From contig JANRJA010000249.1 of the NCBI GenBank assembly GCA_033764315.1, positions 1 to 59,226 on the forward strand: DNA of 59,226 nucleotides. Reading direction: 5' to 3'. Source of the stretch: Oculatellaceae cyanobacterium bins.114 (GTDB lineage: Bacteria > Cyanobacteriota > Cyanobacteriia > Elainellales > Elainellaceae). Of this stretch, positions 1-8,171 are shown in pieces. The first letter of the stretch is position 1, and the number at the start of each line of letters is the position of its first letter. The position numbers and the translations under genes are program-made. The notes beneath the pieces are model-generated. The model was not told where the DNA came from and did no database searches. It saw only the letters and a program-made list of their open reading frames with translations.

Positions 1-8
1 TGTTTTTT

Positions 9-140
9 TATAGCTCAACACACCCTACTATTTTCTGATTTTGATTAAAAGCTATGGAAAACCCCATTCGGTGGTTTTCGGCGCCCCCGGGCGGGGTGCG
101 CCTCTCTACTAATCTCACAAATGATTTAGGACTGCTATAT
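9..140. repeat. MITE-like dispersed element ending in TGATTTAGGACTGCTATA
   Basis: The same terminus CTAATCTCACxAATGATTTAGGACTGCTATA occurs at ~24193-24222, and its reverse complement at ~59172. Confidence 0.5.
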
Positions 141-170
141 AGGGATGATGTGCTTATTTTGGAGTGAAGA

Positions 171-239
171 GCGATCGCACTTTACCCTTCAGTGAGATGA
201 GGGGCGATGCGAAGCAAATCTCCACTTTGGGGCGATCGC
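171..239. repeat. HIP1-bounded ~69-bp repeat, copy 1
   Basis: GCGATCGC-ACTTTA...GGGGCGATGCGAAGCAAATCTCC...TTTGGG-GCGATCGC; near-identical copies at 1343-1411 and 3000-3068. Confidence 0.85.
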
Positions 240-278
240 TCTTTAGTTCAGAGCCAAGCTGCGCCATCTGGTACGAAT

Positions 279-380
279 TCAGATAGACTCTCTCAACAAC
301 TTTTCTAGCAGTGGGTAAATGTCTTTTTTGTCCCCATCCTTGCGCCTACCGATTCCAACTACAACAACAAGAACACTCAC
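279..380 (-). pseudogene. Internally deleted copy of the RelE-family toxin at 1451-1780
   Basis: Nucleotide duplicate with a ~228-bp in-frame deletion, leaving (V)[32 protein letters not shown]. Confidence 0.85.
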
Positions 381-563
381 AGGTTTAGCTGTGCTTTGGC
401 GTTTTCCCAGGAGATGGTGTTGCTTTGCTGAGCTTGAAGCATGCTTTGGCGCAGTTTGGTGACAAACTCGGTATCGGTAAGGATATCGAGGGTTTCAAAT
501 AGTTCAGTCAAATGTTTATAGCTAAGAGCCGCTATGACGGGAACCCCATTTTAAGTAATGATG
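377..563 (-). pseudogene. 5'-truncated copy of the Phd/YefM antitoxin at 1777-2040
   Basis: Duplicate of ~1777-1963 with a CAA->TAA nonsense change near 552; 5' end missing. Confidence 0.8.
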
Positions 564-571
564 AAGTAGAC

Positions 572-916
572 CTAGAAGTGTAATGCCTTTCGCAATGCAG
601 TGTAAACAAGGCTCACCATATCGTTGGGTAGAGTGCCAAGTTGTTTTTGAAAAACAGATTCATGGACTGTTGCAATTTTGTCGGCTCTGAGCAACGATGA
701 CTTCTTTAAACCCGTGGGGCTAAATTCAGGATGACTATCTTCTACCAAAACCCAAGAATCAGCGAGATTTCCAGCCGGGATTTTTGAGAAAATCCCCAGG
801 ATAATCACATCTTGTCGATGAGTGGCTAAGACGAAGGCAGGTCTAACTTTTGTGGAAGTCAGATCGCTAAAGGGGAAATTGACTAACCAAATTTCTCCAG
901 AATTAGGATTCGACAT
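572..916 (-). CDS. PemK/MazF-family endoribonuclease toxin
   Basis: GEIWLVNFPFSD..TKVRPAFVL, TGLKKSSLLRADKIATV; likely start ATG 916 overlaps the upstream gene. Confidence 0.85.
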   Translation of the reverse strand: MSNPNSGEIWLVNFPFSDLTSTKVRPAFVLATHRQDVIILGIFSKIPAGNLADSWVLVEDSHPEFSPTGLKKSSLLRADKIATVHESVFQKQLGTLPNDMVSLVYTALRKALHF

Positions 917-1097
917 CGTAGATATCTTCCTCGTTGTCGTTCCACTCTTGGAATCCACTCTCTGACAAATGCATCATACTCAGAGTCTGGAGTCTTTCTT
1001 CAATCTCCCCAAATAGTTTGATTAACTCTTGAGGAGAGAGTTGGAATATCGCTTTTCGGAGGGTTTCGAGGTCTATGTTGAATGAGCTTTGAAGCAT
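903..1097 (-). CDS. Putative antitoxin of the MazF toxin
   Basis: 64 aa with acidic C-terminus WNDNEEDIYD; overlaps the toxin start. Confidence 0.7.
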   Translation of the reverse strand: MLQSSFNIDLETLRKAIFQLSPQELIKLFGEIEERLQTLSMMHLSESGFQEWNDNEEDIYDVES

Positions 1098-1342
1098 TGG
1101 GAGTTTCTCCTATCGTCTAGCCTCTCTAAATATTCTATCTGTTGGACTCATCACAGCAACTATCCTGCTCTTGCCTCATGCCCGATCGCTTTTTGATTTC
1201 CTGTTCTATTAGGAGGGCAATGCAAAGCAATTCTCTCCAAAGGAGAGAATTGCTTATTACCTCTGGCGATCGCCCGATTGCTCTCATTAGTCCTTAATCT
1301 TAGGAAATATGAGCGATCGCAAAGGGGCATGGTTTTAAAGGG

Positions 1343-1411
1343 GCGATCGCACTTTAACCTTTAGTGAGATGAGGGGCGATGCGAAGCAAATCTCCCTTTT
1401 GGGGAGATCGC
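1343..1411. repeat. HIP1-bounded ~69-bp repeat, copy 2
   Basis: Near-identical to 171-239. Confidence 0.85.
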
Positions 1412-1450
1412 TCTTTAGTTCAGAGCCAAGCTGCGCCATCTGGTATGAAT

Positions 1451-1780
1451 TCAGATAGACTCTCTCAACAACTTTTCTAGCAGTGTGTAAATGTCTTTTT
1501 TGTCCCCATCCTTGCGCCTACCCATTCCAACCACTACAACAAGAACTTGCTCTTGCTCAACTTTATAGACGATGCGATAACGCTGACCCACTGCCCGAAC
1601 ACTACGAAACCCTGAAAGGTTGTCTACCAGTGCTTTACCTTGCTTTTCAGGGTCATTCTTGAGTTGGTCAATACGCTCACTTAATTTCTCTTGTTCTCTC
1701 CTATCCTTAACCGCCGCTAGCATGTCTAGAGCAAGAGGTGTCAGCCGAATCTCGTATTCAATTGCATTGCCATCACTCAT
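1451..1780 (-). CDS. RelE/ParE-family toxin
   Basis: [35 protein letters not shown]. Confidence 0.85.
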   Translation of the reverse strand: MSDGNAIEYEIRLTPLALDMLAAVKDRREQEKLSERIDQLKNDPEKQGKALVDNLSGFRSVRAVGQRYRIVYKVEQEQVLVVVVGMGRRKDGDKKDIYTLLEKLLRESI

Positions 1781-2040
1781 AGTCCTAGCTGTGCTTTGGC
1801 GTTTTCCCAGGAGATGGTGTTGCTTTGCTGAGCTTGAAGAATGCTTTGGCGCAGTTTAGTGACAAACTCGGTATCGGTAAGGATGTCGAGAGTTTCAAAC
1901 AGTTCAATCAAATGTTTATAGCTAAGAGCCGCCATGACGGGAACCCCATCTTGAGTGATGATAATGGGTTCATCTGTGAGTTCGTTGGGCAAGTTGGGGA
2001 GTTGTTGTTGAGCCTGAGCCATCGTGAGTCGTTTGGGCAT
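1777..2040 (-). CDS. Phd/YefM-family antitoxin
   Basis: [31 protein letters not shown]; 4-bp overlap with the toxin; start at ATG 2040. Confidence 0.85.
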   Translation of the reverse strand: MPKRLTMAQAQQQLPNLPNELTDEPIIITQDGVPVMAALSYKHLIELFETLDILTDTEFVTKLRQSILQAQQSNTISWENAKAQLGL

Positions 2041-2253
2041 GGTGTCAAAGCCTATCAAAACTAAATTCACTCTAACATTCCTGATTGAGGAAGTCGGCTG
2101 CTGTTACTTTGTCTCTCGTCGGCAGTATGATAGCGATGCAAGGCAGTTCTCCCTTCGGGGAGACCGCTCATCGTGTTTCAACCTGGTAGTGGGCGATCGC
2201 AGCCCTACCTGGGTAATAGATATACTAGAGTCACACCTCGCTTGCGCCCTACT

Positions 2254-2499
2254 ATGAGTCTCATTATTTCTAATGAACTGGTTCAAGCTTCTGGGCTTTC
2301 TGAGTCGGAGCTTTTACAGGAATTAGTGCTGCTATTGTTCCAACAAGAGAAAATCACGCTGGGCAGTGCCAGTCGTTTTTTGGGGATGACTCAACTGGAG
2401 TTTCAAGCTCTTCTGGCGGAGAAAGATCTCTATGTTCACTATGATGTGGATGAGTTATATGAGGATGTGAAAAATTTGCAGGAACTAGGTTTGTTGTGA
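2254..2499 (+). CDS. UPF0175-family protein (putative antitoxin)
   Basis: LFQQEKITLGSASRFLGMTQLEFQALL..HYDVDEL; start at ATG 2254. Confidence 0.85.
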   Translation: MSLIISNELVQASGLSESELLQELVLLLFQQEKITLGSASRFLGMTQLEFQALLAEKDLYVHYDVDELYEDVKNLQELGLL

Positions 2500-2999
2500 T
2501 TATTGTGAGTGACACGTCGCCGGTCGCCAATTTGATTGTGATTGGCTATGCGAATTTGCTGCCTCAACTGTTTGAAACCGTTGTGATTCCAGATGTGGTT
2601 TATCAGGAACTCCTGGCAAATGGCGAAAATCACCCTGTCACTCAGGCTGTCATGACGGTTGATTGGTTAGATGTTCGATCAGTGAGCGACCAATCCCTAG
2701 TGACGGTATTAGAACGCGATCGCAGTCTTGATCCAGGGGAAGCAAATGCGATTGTTCTGGCAATTGAGCTGAAAGCAACACAACTTCTCATTGATGAACG
2801 TTTGGGACGAACAGAAGCAAAGCGTCAAGGCTTGAGAATTACTGGAGTTTTGGGTGTACTATTGGCTGCAAAACGTCGAGGTTTGATTCCTGTTATCCGT
2901 CCGATTCTAGATCGGTTGATTGATGAAGCAAATTTTCGGATTAGCGATCGCTTGTACAATGAAACACTTGCTCTCGCGGAAGAAGCTACAGCAGACTGA
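2496..2999 (+). CDS. DUF3368 PIN-domain protein (putative toxin)
   Basis: IVSDTSP, LDPGEANAIVLA, LLIDERLGR, ITGVLGVL. Confidence 0.85.
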   Translation: MIIVSDTSPVANLIVIGYANLLPQLFETVVIPDVVYQELLANGENHPVTQAVMTVDWLDVRSVSDQSLVTVLERDRSLDPGEANAIVLAIELKATQLLIDERLGRTEAKRQGLRITGVLGVLLAAKRRGLIPVIRPILDRLIDEANFRISDRLYNETLALAEEATAD

Positions 3000-3068
3000 G
3001 CGATCGCACTTTACGCTTTGGTTGAGGAGGGGCGATGCGAAGCAAATCTCCCCCTTTGGGGCGATCGC
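3000..3068. repeat. HIP1-bounded ~69-bp repeat, copy 3
   Basis: Similar to 171-239 and 1343-1411. Confidence 0.8.
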
Positions 3069-3092
3069 TCATTAACGTATCACGATAAGAAC

Positions 3093-6000
3093 TCAACTTA
3101 AATTCGCAGCGGCTTTGATCTTCTTGCAAATCTCGACCCAGGCTTTGTTGCGTTCTGCGGTCTTGAGACTCTCTAACGGCTCACTCGGAGAATGTGCTGC
3201 CTGATAGTCATTCATCTTAGTTTCCTCGTAACCACTGTATTTCAACGGAATCCAAATGATTCTAAGCCCTTCTGTCTCTGCTGCCTCAAGCAACGGAGGC
3301 AACTCGTTTTTATCAATAAAATCTGAGTTTAAGAAATCAGGACTAACGAGCAAGACGGCAACCTTTGCAGTGGCGAGAGCCGTTTCAATTTCTTCTCGCC
3401 ATTTTGCTCCTGGTTTAATTTGGGTATCATCCCACGGCACCACTGACTCGTTGCGAATCATGGGTTTGAGATGGGTTTGCAACTGAGTTAGCCACTTCTT
3501 ATCTTTGTGACTGTAGCTGATAAATACTTGATTTCGGGGCATGGTTTTAGGTTGGGGTTGAGCAGAACGAGCAAGGATGGCTTCTCTTTCGCGATCGAGG
3601 TCTTGTTGCATCGGATTGCTCCCTCTAGCTCTTTGGAAAGCCGACTCACCAAAGTCCCCTTTTTCAAGAGGGATGCCGTAGGCAGGAGGATCAACGCTTA
3701 GGGAGCCATTGAGATCTAACGGCAACAACACATCATCAATTAATTGTCGGATCTCAACATCCTGACCACTCTCGTAGCACATGATTTGATATTGCCGTCG
3801 ATCGAGAAATTGCTTGAGTCGTTCAAAGTCATAACAGAAAGGTTTTGGATTACCTTTGCAAACATCGCAATTACAAGGAATCAGTTTGCGGGACTTAAGC
3901 CGTTCAAACGACTGGTGAATCTTGTCGATCTCATGGGTGACAACCGCCAATAACTCCTTCTTGCGACTACCCGCCACCTTCACCCGAATCTCGCGTTGAC
4001 CGTGATGCTCGCTCACCTCCGCACGAGTTTGATCCTTAAACAGCACTACTCCACCCCGCCAGACGAGCTTTTGCTGCTCAATCCAGGGGTGCATCTCAAC
4101 AATCAACCGAGTCAAAATGCCCTTGGGCATAAACTCATACTCATAGCGCAGAGTCAGGTTTTGGGAGTCATCCCAGTCATACTCCGGTTGATCAATGGTG
4201 AGCAGTTGTGGGGCGATGTAGGTGTTAGAACGACCGGGGATCTCGTAGCAAAGCTTGAAGCGCATCATCAACCGCAGCAACTCATCTCGTTTGTCGGCAT
4301 ACTTCGAGTCTTGCCAGATATCCTTTAGGTCATCTTGCGTGAAGCAACCCAGATTCTTAATCACCGTGTCATTGTCCAATACCTTATAAACCGCGGTCGT
4401 GCCCCACTCCGGTTTGAGGATGACGGTGTATTTCAACACGGGGTCATCTTGAAAGTGGAGACATACGCCCAGATCATGTAGATAGCGACTGAGCCGCAAC
4501 ATATCGGTCTGGTCGGTGAGGCGATTGATGCGGCATAGCTCGTAATATTCTGGCAGACTCAACGTGTTGCGTGAGTCATTCTCGATCGCTAGACGGACTC
4601 GCACCCACAACTTGGGGAGAGGTGTGCCGACGTGGGGCAGTTTGCTGATGTATTGCTGAATGGTATCTTTGATTTCGGGTAATCCTCGTTTGGTAGCTAA
4701 GTTAGTGGCTAACACCTCTTTCAAGTTGGTAAACTCGCCCCGCAACTGTCGCTCATTCACCACACACTGACGGTCTTGCTTTTCATTTTTGATGATGAAA
4801 ACAGGGCTATTCTCGCTCAATAGCTCAATGATTTTGAGCCAGTAGTAAAAGTCGGTGTTGTCTTGGCGAGTGTCGGCAACCAGCGCATAGAGCGAACGCT
4901 CGGTGAGGAAAAATTGATGGGTCTGGTGATAGATCTCCTGCCCGCCAAAATCCCAAATGTTGACGCGAAACTCGTGCCCACTGGGTAAGGGAAAATTCCA
5001 GCGAATCACCTCGATGCCCTCAGTAGATTTCTCCTCCGGTTTCAGCTCATAGCTCTCGCTCTCAATCTTCTTTGCCAGCGAGGTCTTGCCTGCTCCGCCT
5101 TCCCCCACAATCAAAAACTTTGCCTCATGCAGTAACTCTGATTCATTAGGATCTTGCACCCGAAAGTAAAACTCTAAAATTTCACCAGCTTTACTTGAAT
5201 TTAAAATCTCTGGTGGAATAGGTAAAGGATTTCCACGAAGGTCGAGCGTTTGCAGATTAGTCAGTTGAGAGATTTCAATGGGCAGTTGACACAACTGGTT
5301 GCTATTGAGGTAGAGCGATCGCAGATTAGTCAGTTGCGTAATTTCAATCGGTAGTTGACTCAACTGGTTGCTATTGAGGTTGAGCGTTTGCAGATTAGTC
5401 AGTTGAGAGATTTCAATGGGCAGTTGACTCAACTGGTTGCTATCGAGGTCGAGCGTTTGCAGATTAGTCAGTTGAGAGATTTCAATGGGCAGTTGACTTA
5501 ACTGGTTGCTATTGAGGTTGAGCGATCGCAGATTAGTCAGTTGAGAGATTTCAATCGGTAGTTGACTTAACTGGTTGCTATTGAGGGAGAGCGTTTGCAG
5601 ATTAGTCAGTTGAGTAATTTCAATGGGCAGTTGACTTAACTGGTTGCTACTGAGGTCGAGCGTTTGCAGATTAGTCAGTTGAGTAATTTCAATGGGCAGT
5701 TGACTTAACTGGTTGCTACTGAGGTAGAGCATTTGCAGGTTAGTCAGTTGAGAGATTTCAATAGGCAGTTGACTCAACTGGTTTCTATCGAGGTCGAGCG
5801 TTTGCAGGTTAGTCAGTTGAGAGATTTCAATAGGCAGTTGACTCAACTGGTTTCTATCGAGGTAGAGCGTTTGCAGGTTATGCAGTTGACTGATTTCAAT
5901 GGGCAGTTGACTCAACTGGTTGGAACGGAGGGAGAGCGATCGCAAATTTTGCAACTGACTGATTTCAATGGGCAGTTGACTCAACTGGTTGAAACTGAGG

Positions 6001-6515
6001 TCGAGCGATCGCAAATTTTGCAACTGACTGATTTCACTGGGCAACTGACTCAACGGGTTGGAACTGAGGTCGAGCGATCGCAGATTTACCAGTTGCGAGA
6101 ATTGTGGGGGAAGTTCGGTTAATCCGTTGTCATTGAGGTCGAGCGATCGCAGGTTGACCAGTTGTCCAATTTCGGGAGGCAGTTCCGTTAATTCGTTGTT
6201 ACTAAGATCAAGCCATTTCAGGTTTTGCAGTTGCCCAATTTCGGGAGGGAGAGCTTTGAGGCGATTGTTCCAGATTTTCAGTCGCTCTAGTTGAGTTAAA
6301 TTGCCAATCTCAGGGGGCAAAGTGGTGAGGTTATTGGTCAAGATTTCGGAGCGACTGCCTTCGTCGTAGCCTCGTCGTCCCAAAATTAGAGTTTTAAGCT
6401 GGGTGAGTTTGCCAATCTCTGGGGGCAACTCGGTCAGGTTCATGCCAGAGAGGTCGAGGGTGGTGGCGTGGGTGGTGACGGCGCGATCAATGATCTCTAG
6501 CAGGGAGGGGGGCAT
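3093..6515 (-). CDS. Roco protein: LRR-Roc GTPase-COR-TIR
   Basis: 23-aa LRRs; P-loop GEGGAGKTS; WDFGGQEIY; NEKQD; COR region; C-terminal TIR VFISYSHKD...NELPPLL. Confidence 0.92.
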   Translation of the reverse strand: MPPSLLEIIDRAVTTHATTLDLSGMNLTELPPEIGKLTQLKTLILGRRGYDEGSRSEILTNNLTTLPPEIGNLTQLERLKIWNNRLKALPPEIGQLQNLKWLDLSNNELTELPPEIGQLVNLRSLDLNDNGLTELPPQFSQLVNLRSLDLSSNPLSQLPSEISQLQNLRSLDLSFNQLSQLPIEISQLQNLRSLSLRSNQLSQLPIEISQLHNLQTLYLDRNQLSQLPIEISQLTNLQTLDLDRNQLSQLPIEISQLTNLQMLYLSSNQLSQLPIEITQLTNLQTLDLSSNQLSQLPIEITQLTNLQTLSLNSNQLSQLPIEISQLTNLRSLNLNSNQLSQLPIEISQLTNLQTLDLDSNQLSQLPIEISQLTNLQTLNLNSNQLSQLPIEITQLTNLRSLYLNSNQLCQLPIEISQLTNLQTLDLRGNPLPIPPEILNSSKAGEILEFYFRVQDPNESELLHEAKFLIVGEGGAGKTSLAKKIESESYELKPEEKSTEGIEVIRWNFPLPSGHEFRVNIWDFGGQEIYHQTHQFFLTERSLYALVADTRQDNTDFYYWLKIIELLSENSPVFIIKNEKQDRQCVVNERQLRGEFTNLKEVLATNLATKRGLPEIKDTIQQYISKLPHVGTPLPKLWVRVRLAIENDSRNTLSLPEYYELCRINRLTDQTDMLRLSRYLHDLGVCLHFQDDPVLKYTVILKPEWGTTAVYKVLDNDTVIKNLGCFTQDDLKDIWQDSKYADKRDELLRLMMRFKLCYEIPGRSNTYIAPQLLTIDQPEYDWDDSQNLTLRYEYEFMPKGILTRLIVEMHPWIEQQKLVWRGGVVLFKDQTRAEVSEHHGQREIRVKVAGSRKKELLAVVTHEIDKIHQSFERLKSRKLIPCNCDVCKGNPKPFCYDFERLKQFLDRRQYQIMCYESGQDVEIRQLIDDVLLPLDLNGSLSVDPPAYGIPLEKGDFGESAFQRARGSNPMQQDLDREREAILARSAQPQPKTMPRNQVFISYSHKDKKWLTQLQTHLKPMIRNESVVPWDDTQIKPGAKWREEIETALATAKVAVLLVSPDFLNSDFIDKNELPPLLEAAETEGLRIIWIPLKYSGYEETKMNDYQAAHSPSEPLESLKTAERNKAWVEICKKIKAAANLS
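5225..6250 (-). repeat. Intragenic 69-bp tandem repeats encoding LRRs
   Basis: Near-identical units LSQLPIEISQLTNLQTLxLxSNQ, visible at the DNA level. Confidence 0.9.
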
Positions 6516-6523
6516 GAGGGAGT

Positions 6524-6720
6524 AGGGTGTGGGGTGTGGGGTGTGGGGTGTGGGGTGTGGGGAGGGGGAAAGGATAAAGGATAAAGGATAAGAAAGAAAA
6601 AAGAAAAAAGAAAAAAGAAAAGGATAAAGGGAAGAGGCGCGATTTATCGCGTCTGTACGAAGGATGAGGGATAAAAGGGGAGAGGCGCGATTTATCGCGT
6701 CTGTTTATCGCGTCCGTGCA
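6524..6720. repeat. Heptamer tandem repeats (GGGGTGT, GGATAAA, GAAAAAA) plus two REP-like palindromes AGAGGCGCGATTTATCGCGTCT
   Basis: Directly visible upstream of the Roco gene. Confidence 0.85.
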
Positions 6721-6859
6721 AAGGTTAGAGGGCGGTCAGTTTTTATTTTTGGTCTACATCTTAATCCAGAATTTGGGTGAGAGGGGCGAAAACTATGTAG
6801 ATCCTAAATTCCGTTCAAAAGGGATTTTGAGTCCGGTTCCCTCCTTTTTAAGGTCAACA

Positions 6860-7013
6860 TGTACACAGATCTCGACTCGGATACCAAAACCCTGCAAGAT
6901 TCCCCTAAATCCCCTCCCAAAAAGGGGACTTCCGATCCGGTTCCCTCCTTTTTAAGGAGGGCTAGGGAGGATCAAACCCAGTATTAGCGGGATTCAAAAG
7001 ACTTGTGTATACA
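6860..7013. repeat. Dispersed palindromic MITE-like element
   Basis: Ends TGTACACAGATCTC...AGACTTGTGTATAC; internal CCCCTAAATCCCC/AAGGAGGGCTAGGGAGGATC; copies at ~7975-8146 and ~22865-22940. Confidence 0.7.
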
Positions 7014-7086
7014 GGGAATTCAAACTCATTTAGCTGCGGTTAAAACTGCCAAAATCCTGATTCTGAACTTAAGTTATCGTTAAGAC

Positions 7087-7905
7087 ATGAAGGATTCAGT
7101 TTCCTATACTGCCTTAATCATGGCAGCTAAACGAGCGATCGAGAGCACCCAGCCCGATCGCCTGTTTGATGATCCCTTTGCGGCGCAACTTGCGGGTGAT
7201 GAGGTCAATATCTTGATCCAGCAATGGGCGAGTATGGGCAAAGAGCTAGAACATGCCAAAAAAGCTTATACCCACTTTGTTGCGATTCGCACCCGATTTT
7301 TTGACGATTTTGTCATGGCAGCAGCGGCAGAGGTGCAGCAACTCGTGATTTTAGGGGCAGGGATGGATACACGAGCCTTTCGGTTGCCTTGGGCAGCGGA
7401 GATGCAGATCTATGAAGTCGATCGCCCCGAAATTATGGCGTACAAAGAATCCATTTTGAAAGATGTACCACTACTTTGTCAGCGACAGAGTATTGCGCTC
7501 GATCTTACCGACGGGTGGGTTGATGAGTTGCGTCGTCGAGGATATCAGGGCGATCGCCCCTCTATTTGGTTGTTAGAGGGCTTGTTGATGTATCTTCCAG
7601 AAGCCGTTGTGCATGATCTATTGCAAACGGTTACGACCTTAAGCCCTCCAGGAAGTCGGTTAGGGGCTGATTTGATTAGTTTGCGATCGCTGGAGAATGC
7701 GTTGCGGAGTCAAGGCAGAGTTAGACGACATTGGCAATTTGCCACTGATGAGCCAGAGCATTTGTTGGCAAGGCATGGTTGGACAGCAACTGTTGTGGAA
7801 CCTGGAGATCCAGCGGCCAACTTTGGTCGTTGCCCCAAACCTCCGTTTCCCCGTCACATTCCAGGAAAACGGCGATCGTTTTTAGCTACTGCTCAAAAGC
7901 TGTAG
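7087..7905 (+). CDS. SAM-dependent methyltransferase (leucine carboxyl methyltransferase-like family)
   Basis: LFDDPFA, RTRFFDD, QLVILGAGMDTRAFRL, LEGLLMYL. Confidence 0.9.
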   Translation: MKDSVSYTALIMAAKRAIESTQPDRLFDDPFAAQLAGDEVNILIQQWASMGKELEHAKKAYTHFVAIRTRFFDDFVMAAAAEVQQLVILGAGMDTRAFRLPWAAEMQIYEVDRPEIMAYKESILKDVPLLCQRQSIALDLTDGWVDELRRRGYQGDRPSIWLLEGLLMYLPEAVVHDLLQTVTTLSPPGSRLGADLISLRSLENALRSQGRVRRHWQFATDEPEHLLARHGWTATVVEPGDPAANFGRCPKPPFPRHIPGKRRSFLATAQKL

Positions 7906-7916
7906 AGGCTTGCTGA

Positions 7917-8165
7917 TACCCATTTGATTTGAAAACAGGGCAAATGTAACCCCTCCAACTTCTCCTTGGCAAAGCTACGGTGTATACAGATCTCGATTCA
8001 TTCCAAAAATCTGGCTAGATCCCCCTAAATCCCCCTTGAAAAAAAGGGGGACTTCAATCCCCAAAGGCTCGGTTCCCTCCTTGTTAAGGAGGGTTAGGGA
8101 GGATCAAACCACGCGAATTTTGAAGTAAAAGAATTGTGTGTATACCTCCCCTTGTCAAGAGGAAG
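7917..8165. repeat. Composite/nested dispersed palindromic element
   Basis: The 6860-7013-type element is embedded in an ATACC..CCTTGGCAA / CCCCTTGTCAAG-type element. Confidence 0.6.
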
Positions 8166-8171
8166 GATCGA

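Noticed and set aside
5225..6250. Diversity-generating retroelement TR/VR pair
   Set aside because: No reverse transcriptase in the window, and the repeats are tandem coding LRRs.
5733..6294. Plus-strand repetitive ORFs
   Set aside because: Antisense shadows of the LRR repeats.
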